This document shows positions 53,182 to 62,327 of a stretch of 64,000 bases of DNA, in pieces (the first letter of the stretch is position 1; the number at the start of each line of letters is the position of its first letter). Both the position numbers and the translations under genes were made by a program. Where the stretch lies: NCBI GenBank assembly GCA_964550305.1, contig CAZJYU010000003.1, positions 20,220 to 84,219 on the forward strand, in the 5' to 3' direction. The notes beneath the pieces were generated by a model. It was given only the letters and a program-made list of their open reading frames with translations. It ran no database searches and was not told the origin of the DNA. The stretch comes from an uncultured Vicinamibacteraceae bacterium. GTDB lineage: Bacteria; Acidobacteriota; Vicinamibacteria; Vicinamibacterales; UBA8438.

Positions 53182-54864
53182 CTAGTACCCGACGGCGGCG
53201 GCATCCTCACGCCGACGGTCGGCCGCACCGAGCAGCAGTTCTGTGTCCGGGTCGAACGCAATGGCGTGCGCCGCCCCCTGCGCGCGGATCGCCTGCAGCC
53301 GATGACCACGCGCCTCGAGCAGTGCGACCGCATCCGGCGACAATCCCCGCCTCTCGTAGCGCACGACGTCGGGCAACCATTGATGATGAAAGCGCGGCGC
53401 GTCGATCGCTTCCTGAACGTTCATGCCGAAGTCGATGACGTTCAGGATGGTGTGCAGCACGGTGTTGATGATCGTGCGCCCGCCCGGGCTCCCGGTCACC
53501 AGCACCAGCCGCCCGTCGCGCGCGACGATCGTCGGCGTCATGCTCGATAGCATGCGCTTGCCGGGCGACGCCAGGTTCGGCGCCGTGCCGATCAACCCCT
53601 CCGATGTCGTGAGTCCGGGCGCCGCGTTGAAGTCGCCCATCTCGTTGTTCAGCAGGAATCCACCACCCGGCACGACGATTTTCGAGCCGTAGCTCTGTTC
53701 GAGCGTCGTCGTGAGCGACACCGCGTTCCGTTCGGCATCGACCGCCGAGATGTGGGTCGTCTCGTTGCCAGCCGGCGACCATTCGAATCGATCCGGCGCG
53801 GACGGTGACGCTCGCGCCGGATCGATCGTCGCGCGGAGCCGGTCAGCGTACGCTTTTGCGGTGAGTTCCCCTACCGGCATCGATGGGTTGAAGTCGGGAT
53901 CGCCCAGGTACCGCGCCCGATCGGCGAAGCCGCGGCGCATTGCTTCGATGACGCGGTGGGCGTTCAGCGCGGAACCGTGCCCGGCCCGAGTCAGGTCGTA
54001 CCCCTCCAGCACGTTCAGCATCTGCACCAGCGTGATGCCCCCCGAACTGGGTGGCGGCATGGAGATCACGTCATGGTCACGGTACGTCCCGCGAATGGGA
54101 TCGCGCACTCTCGGCTCGTACGCCGCCAGATCCGCCTCGGTGATCAGGCCGCCGTTGGCCGACATCTCCCGGGCGATGAGCGTAGCGGTTCGTCCCCGAT
54201 AGAAACCGTCGGGTCCGCTCCGGGCGATCCGCTCCAGGGTCGCCGCAAGGTCCGGCTGACGGAACCGCTCCCCCGCCCCGTACGGTGTCCCGTTCCTCGA
54301 GAAGGCCGCCACCGAGGCCGGATAGCGCGCCATGCGCGGCAGCACGGCCGCAAGCGACGCGGCACGCGCGAACGTCAGATCAAACCCCTCGCGCGCCAGC
54401 TCCAGCGCCGGCTCGATCAGGCGACTCCACGGCAGCCGCCCGTGATCCGACCAAGCGCGGTGCAGACCCGCCACCGTGCCCGGCACACCCACCGCGACAT
54501 GGCTGTCGTGATGTCGTGTCCGGTCGTACTCGCCATCGACGAGAAACATGTCCGGCGACGCCGCCGAGGGCGCGATTTCCCGGAAGTCGTACGCCGTGGC
54601 GTCCCCACTCGCGGAGCGGTACACGAGAAAACCGCCGCCGCCGATATTCCCGGCCGCCGGATAGGTCACCGCGAGCGCAAACGCCGTCGCCACCGCCGCA
54701 TCGACGGCGGAACCGCCATCGCGCAGCACGTCTCGCCCCGCGCTCGCCGCGATTCGGTCCGACGCTACCACCATGCCGTTCCGCGCCCGCGCGGGCACCG
54801 ACTGAGCGCCCACCGCGGTGACAGCCACCCCGACGATCGCGATGGCCGGAACGACACGGCGCAT
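53182..54864 (-). CDS. ggt: gamma-glutamyltransferase
   Basis: Start at ATG 54864 (MRRVVPAIAIVGVAVTAVGAQS signal). ...AAGNIGGGGFLVY...YDFREIAP..., autoprocessing site ...GNETTHISAVD..., ...PGGGFLLNNEMGDF...MTPTIV...GSPGG are GGT hallmarks. Confidence 0.9.
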   Translation of the reverse strand: MRRVVPAIAIVGVAVTAVGAQSVPARARNGMVVASDRIAASAGRDVLRDGGSAVDAAVATAFALAVTYPAAGNIGGGGFLVYRSASGDATAYDFREIAPSAASPDMFLVDGEYDRTRHHDSHVAVGVPGTVAGLHRAWSDHGRLPWSRLIEPALELAREGFDLTFARAASLAAVLPRMARYPASVAAFSRNGTPYGAGERFRQPDLAATLERIARSGPDGFYRGRTATLIAREMSANGGLITEADLAAYEPRVRDPIRGTYRDHDVISMPPPSSGGITLVQMLNVLEGYDLTRAGHGSALNAHRVIEAMRRGFADRARYLGDPDFNPSMPVGELTAKAYADRLRATIDPARASPSAPDRFEWSPAGNETTHISAVDAERNAVSLTTTLEQSYGSKIVVPGGGFLLNNEMGDFNAAPGLTTSEGLIGTAPNLASPGKRMLSSMTPTIVARDGRLVLVTGSPGGRTIINTVLHTILNVIDFGMNVQEAIDAPRFHHQWLPDVVRYERRGLSPDAVALLEARGHRLQAIRAQGAAHAIAFDPDTELLLGAADRRREDAAAVGY

Positions 54865-54975
54865 TCCGACCCGCGCGCAGGATCCGCGTCCAGGCATGGT
54901 TCCAGCATACCGGAGCCGCGCGTTGCGGGCGCAGGCTTCCAGGCCTGCACGCTCCGGCGGGGCGGATCGGGGATA

Positions 54976-56043
54976 ATGCGCGGGATGGCTGCACAACATC
55001 CGCAGTGGCCCGGGGGTCGCATCCGGCGGTGGCGGGGTCCGGCACCAACCCTGGCGCTGGCGGCGTTCGCGCTGTTGGCGTTGGCGCTGGTGACGGGTGC
55101 GTGTGGCGGGCCATCGGGTGGCGGTGCGGGCCTGACCGTGCGTCTCTCGATCGCGACCGGCGGGACGGGAGGCGTCTACTACCCGTACGGCGGCGGGATC
55201 GCGAGGGTCATCAGTGAGTACGTCGACGGCGTCGAGGCAACGGCCGAGGTGACGGCGGGAACGGTCGACAACCTGAAGTTCATCGCCAGCCGGTCGGCCG
55301 ACCTCGGTTTCGCGCTGGCCGACTCACTCGACGACGCCGCGAACCAGCGCGGCGTGTTCAGCGACTTCGGTGCGGTACCGCTACGGGCGATCGCCGTGTT
55401 GTACGACAACTACAACCATCTGATCTCGGTGCAGGACACCGGCATCACGACCGTCCCCGATCTGGCCGGGCACATCGTGTCAACCGGCGCTCCCGGCAGC
55501 GGCACCGAAGTAAGCGCGTTCCGCATCCTGCGGGCGTCGGACGTCGACCCGGACGCCGACATCACGAAACAGAGCCTGAGCGCAACGGCGTCGGTCGACG
55601 CAATCAAGGACGACAAGATCGATGCCTTCTTCTTCAGCGGCGGAATACCGACCGGCGCCATTCTCGACCTTGCTTCCACGCCCGGACGGACGATCACGGT
55701 GGTGCCGAACGGCGAGACCCTCGGCACGCTGCGGGAACAGTACGGATCGCTCGTCTATGACACCGCGCCGATCCCGCCGGACACCTACCCCGGCATGGAC
55801 GGGGCGGTGACTGTGGTCACGGTATCCAACGTGCTTGTCGCACACGCCGACCTGGATGTCCAGCTCGCCTACGACCTGACGCGCGTCCTGTTCGATCACC
55901 ATGACGAACTGGCCGCGGTCCACCCGATGGCGGCTATTCTGTCGCTCGATACCGCCGCCGCCGGCTCCCCCATTCCGTTCCACGACGGCGCCATCCGCTA
56001 CTATCGCGAGCAGGGCGCCTGGACGGACGGGGGATCACGCTGA
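54976..56043 (+). CDS. TAXI-family TRAP transporter solute-binding protein (lipoprotein)
   Basis: Lipobox LALVTGA-C. ...IATGGTGGVYYPYGGGIARVI...TAGTVDNLKFI..RSADLGFALADS...STGAPGSGTEV...FFFSGGIPTGAI...HDGAIRYYREQG are TAXI signature motifs. Start 54976 or 54985. Confidence 0.85.
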   Translation: MRGMAAQHPQWPGGRIRRWRGPAPTLALAAFALLALALVTGACGGPSGGGAGLTVRLSIATGGTGGVYYPYGGGIARVISEYVDGVEATAEVTAGTVDNLKFIASRSADLGFALADSLDDAANQRGVFSDFGAVPLRAIAVLYDNYNHLISVQDTGITTVPDLAGHIVSTGAPGSGTEVSAFRILRASDVDPDADITKQSLSATASVDAIKDDKIDAFFFSGGIPTGAILDLASTPGRTITVVPNGETLGTLREQYGSLVYDTAPIPPDTYPGMDGAVTVVTVSNVLVAHADLDVQLAYDLTRVLFDHHDELAAVHPMAAILSLDTAAAGSPIPFHDGAIRYYREQGAWTDGGSR

Positions 56044-57956
56044 ACACGCCGCCGCTGGACACACCGCTCCACGATACCGAACCGGACGTTCCGACCCGCA
56101 CCCTGACCGGCACGACCGGTCGGATCACGACCGCCCTCGGGGCCGGCCTTTCGCTCTACGCCCTCTACTGGGTAGTCGGCATCGTTCAGCCACAGATCTA
56201 CCGTGTCAGCTTCCTGCTCATCACACTCGTCCTGACGTTTCTCGTCTTCCCGATGCACGCCCGGTGGCGGGCCCGCGTGACAGCAATCGACTGGCTGCTC
56301 GGAGCGATGGCGGCCGTGGCGCTCGCGTGGCCGATCATCGACTTCGATCAGTTCATCTACCGCAATGCGGAGCCGTCGGCCACCGACGTAACGCTGGGAA
56401 TCGTGACCACGCTGCTGGTGCTCGAGGCGACCCGGCGCACCGTCGGGCCCATCCTGCCGGTCACCGCGGCAGCCTTCCTGCTGTACGGCTACTACGGACC
56501 GTACCTCGAACTGGTTGGCCTCGAACTGTTCGCACACCGGGGCTACGACATCTCGCGTCTTGTCGGCACCCTCTACATGACGCTCGAGGGGATCTTCGGC
56601 GTCCCGATCGGCGTCACCTCCACCTTCATCATCCTGTTCACCATCTTCGGCGCGGTCCTGGCCCACTCGGGGGCCGGGCAGTTCTTCATCCAGTGGACGA
56701 TGTCGGCGTTCGGCCGGTCGCACAGCGGCGCCGGGCCCGGCCGCACCGTGACGCTCTCCGGGTTTCTCCTCGGCACGGTCTCGGGCAGCGGCGTCGCGAC
56801 CACCGTCACGTTGGGGGCCGTCGCCTGGCCGCTCCTGCGCCGCGCCGGGTTCTCGGCCGAGACTGGCGGCGGGATCCTCTCGGCGAGCGGCATCGGCGCC
56901 ATCATGGCGCCCCCGACGATGGGCGCGGCGGCGTTCCTGATCGCCGAGTTCCTCCAGATCACATACCTGGAGGTGATCGTGATGGCGATCATCCCGGCTG
57001 TCCTCTACTACTTCTCGATCGTGTTGATGATCGAGGCGGACGCGCGCCGGCTCAACACGCGCGCGGTGGACATCGACCTTCCGCCGGTTGGCGTGCTGAC
57101 CCGCCGGTTCGGCTACCACTTCCTGCCGCTCATCACGATCGTGGCGTTGCTCGTGAGCGGCATGACACCGTTCCGTGCGGTCTTCCTCTCCACGCTCCTC
57201 GCCGTCGCCCTGAGCTTCCTGCAGCGGACGAATGCGCTGACGCCGCGCCGTCTGGTGGCGGCCCTCGAGGCAGGCGGACGCGGGGTGATTCCGGTCGCGG
57301 CGACGACGGCCACCGCCGGCATCATCGTCGGCGTGGTCACGCTGACCGGGCTGGGCCTCAAGATCTCCGGCATCATCGTCGATCTGGCGGCCGGCAACAT
57401 CTTCCTGACCGTGGTCTACGCCGCGGTCGCCGTCTGGATGCTTGGCCTTGCCGTCCCGGTCACCGCGTCGTACATCATCGCGGCGGTGATGATTGCGCCC
57501 GCGCTCACGCTGGTGGGCGTGCCGGACTTCGCTGCGCACATGTTCATCTTCTACTACGCCGTGCTCTCGGAAGTGAGTCCGCCCACGGCGCTTTCCCCCT
57601 TCGCAGCGGCGGCCATCACCGGTGGCAACCCCTTTCGGACGATGACGCTCACCTGGAAGTACACGCTGCCCGCCTTCCTCGTGCCGTTCGCCTTCACCGT
57701 CAGCCCCGAGGGCGTCGGCGTCCTGCTGCAGGCCCCTGCCGCCGACGTGGTCCGGACGGCGGGCACCGCCGCCGTCGGCGTCAGCGCGCTTGCCATGGGC
57801 CTGGGCGGCTGGCTCCGGCGCGCGGCGACCCCACCGGAACGGGGGCTCGCGGTCGCGGGCGGCCTGTTGCTCTTTTACGCAACTACGCTGACGGATATTA
57901 TGGGGCTGGTGGTATTCGGTGCAGCCGTCGTGTTGCACCTGGTCCGGACTCGGTGA
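56040..57956 (+). CDS. TRAP transporter fused permease (TAXI-type); start codon non-canonical or unresolved
   Basis: The track ORF starts at ATG 56253. The same frame is open from 55905, and from 56040 it encodes ...RTLTGTTGRITTALGAGLSLYALYWVVGIVQPQIYRVSFLLITLVLTFLVFP, the conserved N-terminal segment of these permeases. There is no ATG/GTG/TTG in that stretch. CTG 56040 overlaps the TAXI stop (CTGA) and follows GGGGGA. Confidence 0.75.
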   Translation: MNTPPLDTPLHDTEPDVPTRTLTGTTGRITTALGAGLSLYALYWVVGIVQPQIYRVSFLLITLVLTFLVFPMHARWRARVTAIDWLLGAMAAVALAWPIIDFDQFIYRNAEPSATDVTLGIVTTLLVLEATRRTVGPILPVTAAAFLLYGYYGPYLELVGLELFAHRGYDISRLVGTLYMTLEGIFGVPIGVTSTFIILFTIFGAVLAHSGAGQFFIQWTMSAFGRSHSGAGPGRTVTLSGFLLGTVSGSGVATTVTLGAVAWPLLRRAGFSAETGGGILSASGIGAIMAPPTMGAAAFLIAEFLQITYLEVIVMAIIPAVLYYFSIVLMIEADARRLNTRAVDIDLPPVGVLTRRFGYHFLPLITIVALLVSGMTPFRAVFLSTLLAVALSFLQRTNALTPRRLVAALEAGGRGVIPVAATTATAGIIVGVVTLTGLGLKISGIIVDLAAGNIFLTVVYAAVAVWMLGLAVPVTASYIIAAVMIAPALTLVGVPDFAAHMFIFYYAVLSEVSPPTALSPFAAAAITGGNPFRTMTLTWKYTLPAFLVPFAFTVSPEGVGVLLQAPAADVVRTAGTAAVGVSALAMGLGGWLRRAATPPERGLAVAGGLLLFYATTLTDIMGLVVFGAAVVLHLVRTR

Positions 57957-57982
57957 GATCCATCGAAGAGCGAGGTGAAGTC

Positions 57983-59281
57983 ATGAGATCACGCATGCAC
58001 CTGACAGCGTTCGTCGCGCTGTTCGCCCTGCTGCTCGTTCCGCAGGCACTCGTCGCCCAGGGACTTGAGCGCGCCATGCCCGAAGACGTAGGCATGTCGT
58101 CCGAGCGGCTCGGGCGCCTGACCGCGGCGCTCGAGCAGTACGTCGACGAGGGGCGTCTCGCCGGCGCGGTCGCCATCGTGGTGCGGCGCGGCAAGATCGC
58201 CTACCTCGAGGCGGTCGGGAACCGCGATGTCGAGGCGCAGGCGCCGATGCGGGACGACGATATCTTCCGGATCGCGTCGCAGACGAAGGCGCTGACGAGC
58301 GTCGGCGTGATGATGCTGCAGGAAGAAGGGAAGCTGCTGATCACCGATCCGGTCGGCAAGTATCTCCCCGCCTTCGCCAACACGACGGTGGCGCAGCCGG
58401 ACGGCCGTGGCGGCTATGACGTCGTGGCGGCGCGGCGGCCGATCACCATACGCGACCTCCTCACCCACACCGCGGGCATCAGCTACGGCATGGGCCTGAT
58501 CGGGAACCGCGGCATTGCCGCCGACACGTGGGAAGAGGCGGGCGTTACCGGCTGGTACTTCGCGCACCGCGACGAATCGGTGGGCGACACGATGGCGCGG
58601 CTCGCCGAACTGCCGTTGGATGCCCACCCCGGCGAGCGGTGGATCTATGGCTACAACACCGACATCCTGGGCGCCATGATCGAGGAGATAAGCGGCCAGA
58701 CGCTGGGAGCATTCCTGCGCGAGCGGCTGTTCGAACCGCTGGGCATGGACGACACCCACTTCTTTCTGCCGCAGGAGAAGGTGGACCGGCTGGCGACGGT
58801 CTACTCGTCCGTCGATGGCGGCAGAAGCTTCGTGCGCGCTCCGGACGAGGGCACGATGCAGAGTCAGGGACACTACGCGAAGGGTGAGGGCAAGGCCTAC
58901 TCCGGCGGGGCGGGGGGCCTGTCGACGGCGACCGATTACGCGACGTTCATGCAGATGATGCTGAACGGCGGGGCACTGAACGGCACGCGGATCCTTTCGC
59001 GGACGACGGTCGAATCGATGACGTCCGACCATCTCGGCGACATTCCGTTCCGGCCGGGCCAGGGCTTCGGTCTCGGCTTCTCCATCGTGCACGACCCGGC
59101 GACCACGGGACTGCCCGGCTCGGCTGGCGAGTTCGCGTGGGCCGGTGCCTACCACTCCGTCTACTGGGCCGACCCAGAGGAGGAGATGGTCGTGGTCTAC
59201 CTGACCCAGATCATCCCGGCCATGAATCTGGACGATCAGCAGAAGCTTCGGACGCTGATCTACCAGGCGATTGTCGACTGA
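57983..59281 (+). CDS. serine hydrolase (class C beta-lactamase / PBP-like family)
   Basis: ATG 57983 with GAGGTG SD. Signal peptide, S-x-x-K motif (FRIASQTKALTSV), a Tyr-x-Asn candidate (YGYNTD), and ...GGAGGLSTATDYATFMQMMLNGG... Confidence 0.85.
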   Translation: MRSRMHLTAFVALFALLLVPQALVAQGLERAMPEDVGMSSERLGRLTAALEQYVDEGRLAGAVAIVVRRGKIAYLEAVGNRDVEAQAPMRDDDIFRIASQTKALTSVGVMMLQEEGKLLITDPVGKYLPAFANTTVAQPDGRGGYDVVAARRPITIRDLLTHTAGISYGMGLIGNRGIAADTWEEAGVTGWYFAHRDESVGDTMARLAELPLDAHPGERWIYGYNTDILGAMIEEISGQTLGAFLRERLFEPLGMDDTHFFLPQEKVDRLATVYSSVDGGRSFVRAPDEGTMQSQGHYAKGEGKAYSGGAGGLSTATDYATFMQMMLNGGALNGTRILSRTTVESMTSDHLGDIPFRPGQGFGLGFSIVHDPATTGLPGSAGEFAWAGAYHSVYWADPEEEMVVVYLTQIIPAMNLDDQQKLRTLIYQAIVD

Positions 59282-59347
59282 TACCCAGGGCGCCGGCCCC
59301 CCGGCAACGGCCGGCGCCCGCAACGACGGCGGAGGAAGAAGCGGACT

Positions 59348-59773
59348 GTGACCAAGCACGAACTGATTGCAAAGCTGAACGAAGATCTGGCGGACGAGCT
59401 GGGCGCGATCATCCAGTACATCGTCTATGCTGCGCGTGCGACCGGCCCCTACCGCCCGCAACTGGCCCAGTTCTTCCTCACCGAAGTGGCGGACGAGCAG
59501 GCGCACGCGCAGTACCTCGCGAACAAGATCGCCGCTCTCGGCGGCACTCCCACGACAACACCCCGGCCCGTGCCGCTCCCGGACGGCGATCGAGCCATGC
59601 TGGAAGAGGTGGTCGCGGCCGAGAAACGCGCCACCGCGGCGTACGTCCAGCGCGCGAAGGACGCCGAGGCCTACGGCGACAAAGGCCTCGCCGTGCAGCT
59701 CGAGGACTTCATCCGGGCCGAGAGCAACCACGTCGAGGAGACCGAGCGGATTCTGCAGGACTGGCCGCTGTAG
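59348..59773 (+). CDS. ferritin-like domain protein
   Basis: 141 aa four-helix-bundle pattern with paired E...ExxH ligand motifs (LADELGAIIQYIVYA...VADEQAHAQYL...EKRATAAY...EDFIRAESNHVEE). GTG start. Confidence 0.75.
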   Translation: MTKHELIAKLNEDLADELGAIIQYIVYAARATGPYRPQLAQFFLTEVADEQAHAQYLANKIAALGGTPTTTPRPVPLPDGDRAMLEEVVAAEKRATAAYVQRAKDAEAYGDKGLAVQLEDFIRAESNHVEETERILQDWPL

Positions 59774-59871
59774 CCCCGCCGTCACGCCGAGTGCAGTCTG
59801 CGGCGCGAAGGGAACGCCTGTGCTGCTGCTACCGCGCGCTCCTCCGTCTGCCCGACCGTATAGGATCACTC

Positions 59872-60597
59872 ATGATGACGCCATCCGCGCGCGGCGGAGC
59901 CTCGTTGATGGGCATCGGTGTGCTGGCAACCGTGGTCGCGATGCTGTCCGGGACGTCCGGGACCGTCGAAGCCGGGCAGACGGGCGGCGCCATTGCCGGG
60001 CGGATCACGCTCGAGGGAATGGTCGACCCGCGCATGCTGGAAGTGACGACCGATCAGGCGGTCTGCGGCAACGAGGTGGAAGACCACGCCGTCGTCGTGG
60101 ACGAGTCGGGCGGCCTGGCGAACGCGGTGGTGATCGTCGCGGGCGCGCCGTGGGGCGATGCAACCCCGGTGGACCCGGAGATTAACAACTCCGGCTGCTA
60201 CTTCGTGCCGCGCGTGCAGGTGGTACCGACACGGACGGTCGTGACGGTGCGGAGCGAGGATGACACCCTGCACACAACCCACGCCTACGACGACCGGCAG
60301 CGAACGCTGTTCAACATCGCGATCCCGATTCCCGGCATGGAGGTGGAACGCCCGCTCCGGCGCCCCGGACCGGTACGCATCGAGTGCGACTCGCACGGGT
60401 GGATGCGCGGCTGGGTCTACGTCTCCGACGATCTGGGAACGGTGACCGGGCCGGACGGGCGTTACGAGCTGACCAGCGTGCCGCCCGGAGACTACACGCT
60501 CACGGTTTGGCACGAGCGCGCCGCCGGGACGACGCGCGGGATCCGGGTGACGGCGGGCGGGACGGCGGAGGCCGATTTCACGCTCGCGCTCGAATAG
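59872..60597 (+). CDS. secreted cupredoxin-like domain + CarboxypepD_reg-like domain protein
   Basis: ATG 59872. Signal peptide (…GIGVLATVVAMLSGTSGTVEA). Possible type-1 copper ligands H (DDTLHTTH) and C-x2-H-x2-M (IECDSHGWM, amicyanin-like spacing). C-terminal GRYELTSVPPGDYTLTVWHE beta-sandwich. Confidence 0.6.
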   Translation: MMTPSARGGASLMGIGVLATVVAMLSGTSGTVEAGQTGGAIAGRITLEGMVDPRMLEVTTDQAVCGNEVEDHAVVVDESGGLANAVVIVAGAPWGDATPVDPEINNSGCYFVPRVQVVPTRTVVTVRSEDDTLHTTHAYDDRQRTLFNIAIPIPGMEVERPLRRPGPVRIECDSHGWMRGWVYVSDDLGTVTGPDGRYELTSVPPGDYTLTVWHERAAGTTRGIRVTAGGTAEADFTLALE

Positions 60598-60606
60598 CAG
60601 GCCGGT

Positions 60607-62286
60607 ATGGCGCCACAGTACGTCTATACGATGAAGGGGCTCGGCAAGCGGTACCCCCCCGACCGCATCGTGCTCAAGGACATCTGGCTCTCGTTCCTGC
60701 CGGGCGCGAAGATCGGAGTCCTGGGATCCAACGGGGCCGGCAAGAGCACGCTGCTTCGGATCATGGCGGGCGAGATCACGGAGTTTGACGGCGAGGCGTT
60801 TCCCGAGACCGGGCTGTCGATCGGCTACCTGGCGCAGGAGCCGCAGCTCGATCCGTCGAAGGATGTCGCGGGCAACGTGAACGAAGGCGTGGCCGATGCG
60901 CGGGCGCTACTTCGGCGGTACGACCGGATCACCAGAGACCTGGCGATCATCGGGCCCGGCTCGCTCGAGATGGAAGAGGCGCTCGACGAACAGGGGACGC
61001 TTCAGACGAAGATCGACGCCGCGCGCGCATGGGATCTCGACTCGCGCGTGAACATGGCGATGGACGCCTTGCGGCTCCCCCCCGGCTCGGCCGACGTCAC
61101 AAGGCTCTCGGGCGGCGAGCGGCGTCGGGTGGCGCTGTGCCGGCTGCTGCTGCAATCACCCGACTTGTTGCTGCTGGACGAACCGACGAATCACCTGGAC
61201 GCCGAGTCCGTCGCCTGGCTGGAGCGGTTCCTGGCCAACTACGCCGGCACCGTGGTGGCGGTGACGCATGACCGGTACTTCCTCGACAACGTCGCGGGCT
61301 GGATCCTCGAGCTGGACCGGGGCGCGGGCATACCGTGGCAGGGCAACTACTCATCGTGGCTCGAACAGAAGCAGCAGCGGCTCGGCGTCGAGGCGAGACA
61401 CGAGGCCAGGCGGCGAAGCACGCTGGAGCGCGAGCTCGAGTGGATCAACATGTCGCCCCGCGCACGGCAGGCCAAGGGGAAGGCGCGACTGAACGCCTAC
61501 GAACGGCTGCTCTCCGAGGACGCCGCCAGGAAGATCGAGCAGGTGGAGATCTACATTCCACCCGGCCCCCGACTTGGCAATGTCGTGGTGGAAGCCGATG
61601 GTCTGATCCACGGTTACGGCGAGCAGGCGTTGATCGGGAGGCTGTCGTTCACGCTCCCGCCCGCCGGCATCGTCGGCGTGGTTGGACCGAACGGCGCCGG
61701 CAAGACTACATTGCTGCGACTGATTGCCGGCGCGGAGGAGCCGGACGCCGGCACGATCCGCCTGGGCGAAACGGCGCAGATCGGCTATGTCGATCAGAAC
61801 CGCGAACTCGATGCCGACCAGACCGTATGGGAGGCGATCTCCGACGGGCACGACGAAATCAGGTTGGCGCGACGCACCGTCGCCTCGCGCGCCTACGTCT
61901 CGTGGTTCAACTTCCGCGGCGCCGATCAGCAACGGAAGGTGGGAACGCTCTCGGGCGGCGAACGCAACCGTGTCCACCTCGCCCGCCTGCTGCGCCGCGG
62001 CGCGAACCTGCTGCTGTTGGACGAGCCGACGAACGACCTGGACGTCGACACGCTTCGCGCCCTGGAAGACGCCCTGGTGGAGTTCGCCGGATGCGCCGTC
62101 GTGGTGAGCCACGACCGGTGGTTCCTCGACCGGATCGCCACGCACATCATTGCGTTCGAGGGCAACAGCGAGGTCGTCTGGTTCGCCGGTAACTACGCCG
62201 ACTACGAAGCGGACCGGCGGCGGCGGCTCGGCCGGGAGGCGGATCAGCCGCACCGGATCCGGTTCCGCAAGCTGACCCGCGCGTGA
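60607..62286 (+). CDS. ettA: energy-dependent translational throttle protein EttA (ABC-F ATPase)
   Basis: MAPQYVYTMKGLGKRYPPDRIVLKDIWLSFLPGAKIGVLGSNGAGKSTLLRIMAG... Two cassettes (GSNGAGKST, GPNGAGKTT; LSGGERRRV, LSGGERNRV), no TM domain, about 555 aa. Confidence 0.9.
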   Translation: MAPQYVYTMKGLGKRYPPDRIVLKDIWLSFLPGAKIGVLGSNGAGKSTLLRIMAGEITEFDGEAFPETGLSIGYLAQEPQLDPSKDVAGNVNEGVADARALLRRYDRITRDLAIIGPGSLEMEEALDEQGTLQTKIDAARAWDLDSRVNMAMDALRLPPGSADVTRLSGGERRRVALCRLLLQSPDLLLLDEPTNHLDAESVAWLERFLANYAGTVVAVTHDRYFLDNVAGWILELDRGAGIPWQGNYSSWLEQKQQRLGVEARHEARRRSTLERELEWINMSPRARQAKGKARLNAYERLLSEDAARKIEQVEIYIPPGPRLGNVVVEADGLIHGYGEQALIGRLSFTLPPAGIVGVVGPNGAGKTTLLRLIAGAEEPDAGTIRLGETAQIGYVDQNRELDADQTVWEAISDGHDEIRLARRTVASRAYVSWFNFRGADQQRKVGTLSGGERNRVHLARLLRRGANLLLLDEPTNDLDVDTLRALEDALVEFAGCAVVVSHDRWFLDRIATHIIAFEGNSEVVWFAGNYADYEADRRRRLGREADQPHRIRFRKLTRA

Positions 62287-62287
62287 C

Positions 62288-62325
62288 GCCTGGCGCCGAC
62301 TCCATATCGAGAACGATATCCAGGC
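62288..62325. terminator. hairpin between convergent ettA and ABC exporter genes (possible bidirectional terminator)
   Basis: GCCTGG-cgccgactcc-ATATCG-agaa-CGATAT-CCAGGC: two stacked 6-bp stems with an asymmetric bulge. No clear U-run. Confidence 0.3.
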
Positions 62326-62327
62326 CG

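Noticed and set aside
56019-56045. A programmed -1 frameshift or fusion joining the TAXI binding protein to the TRAP permease
   Set aside because: The TAXI protein ends at a normal position for its family, and there is no heptameric slippery site (only a G-run that reads better as an SD). A non-canonical initiation codon coupled to the stop is the simpler explanation.
55901-59869. Giant ORFs 55901..59281 (+, 1126 aa), 56001..57938 (-, 645 aa) and 57989..59869 (-, 626 aa)
   Set aside because: Only the last 432 codons of the 1126-aa ORF are real (the serine hydrolase, from ATG 57983 with a GAGGTG SD). Its upstream part is out of frame with the TRAP permease. The two minus-strand ORFs are antisense shadows of the permease and the hydrolase.
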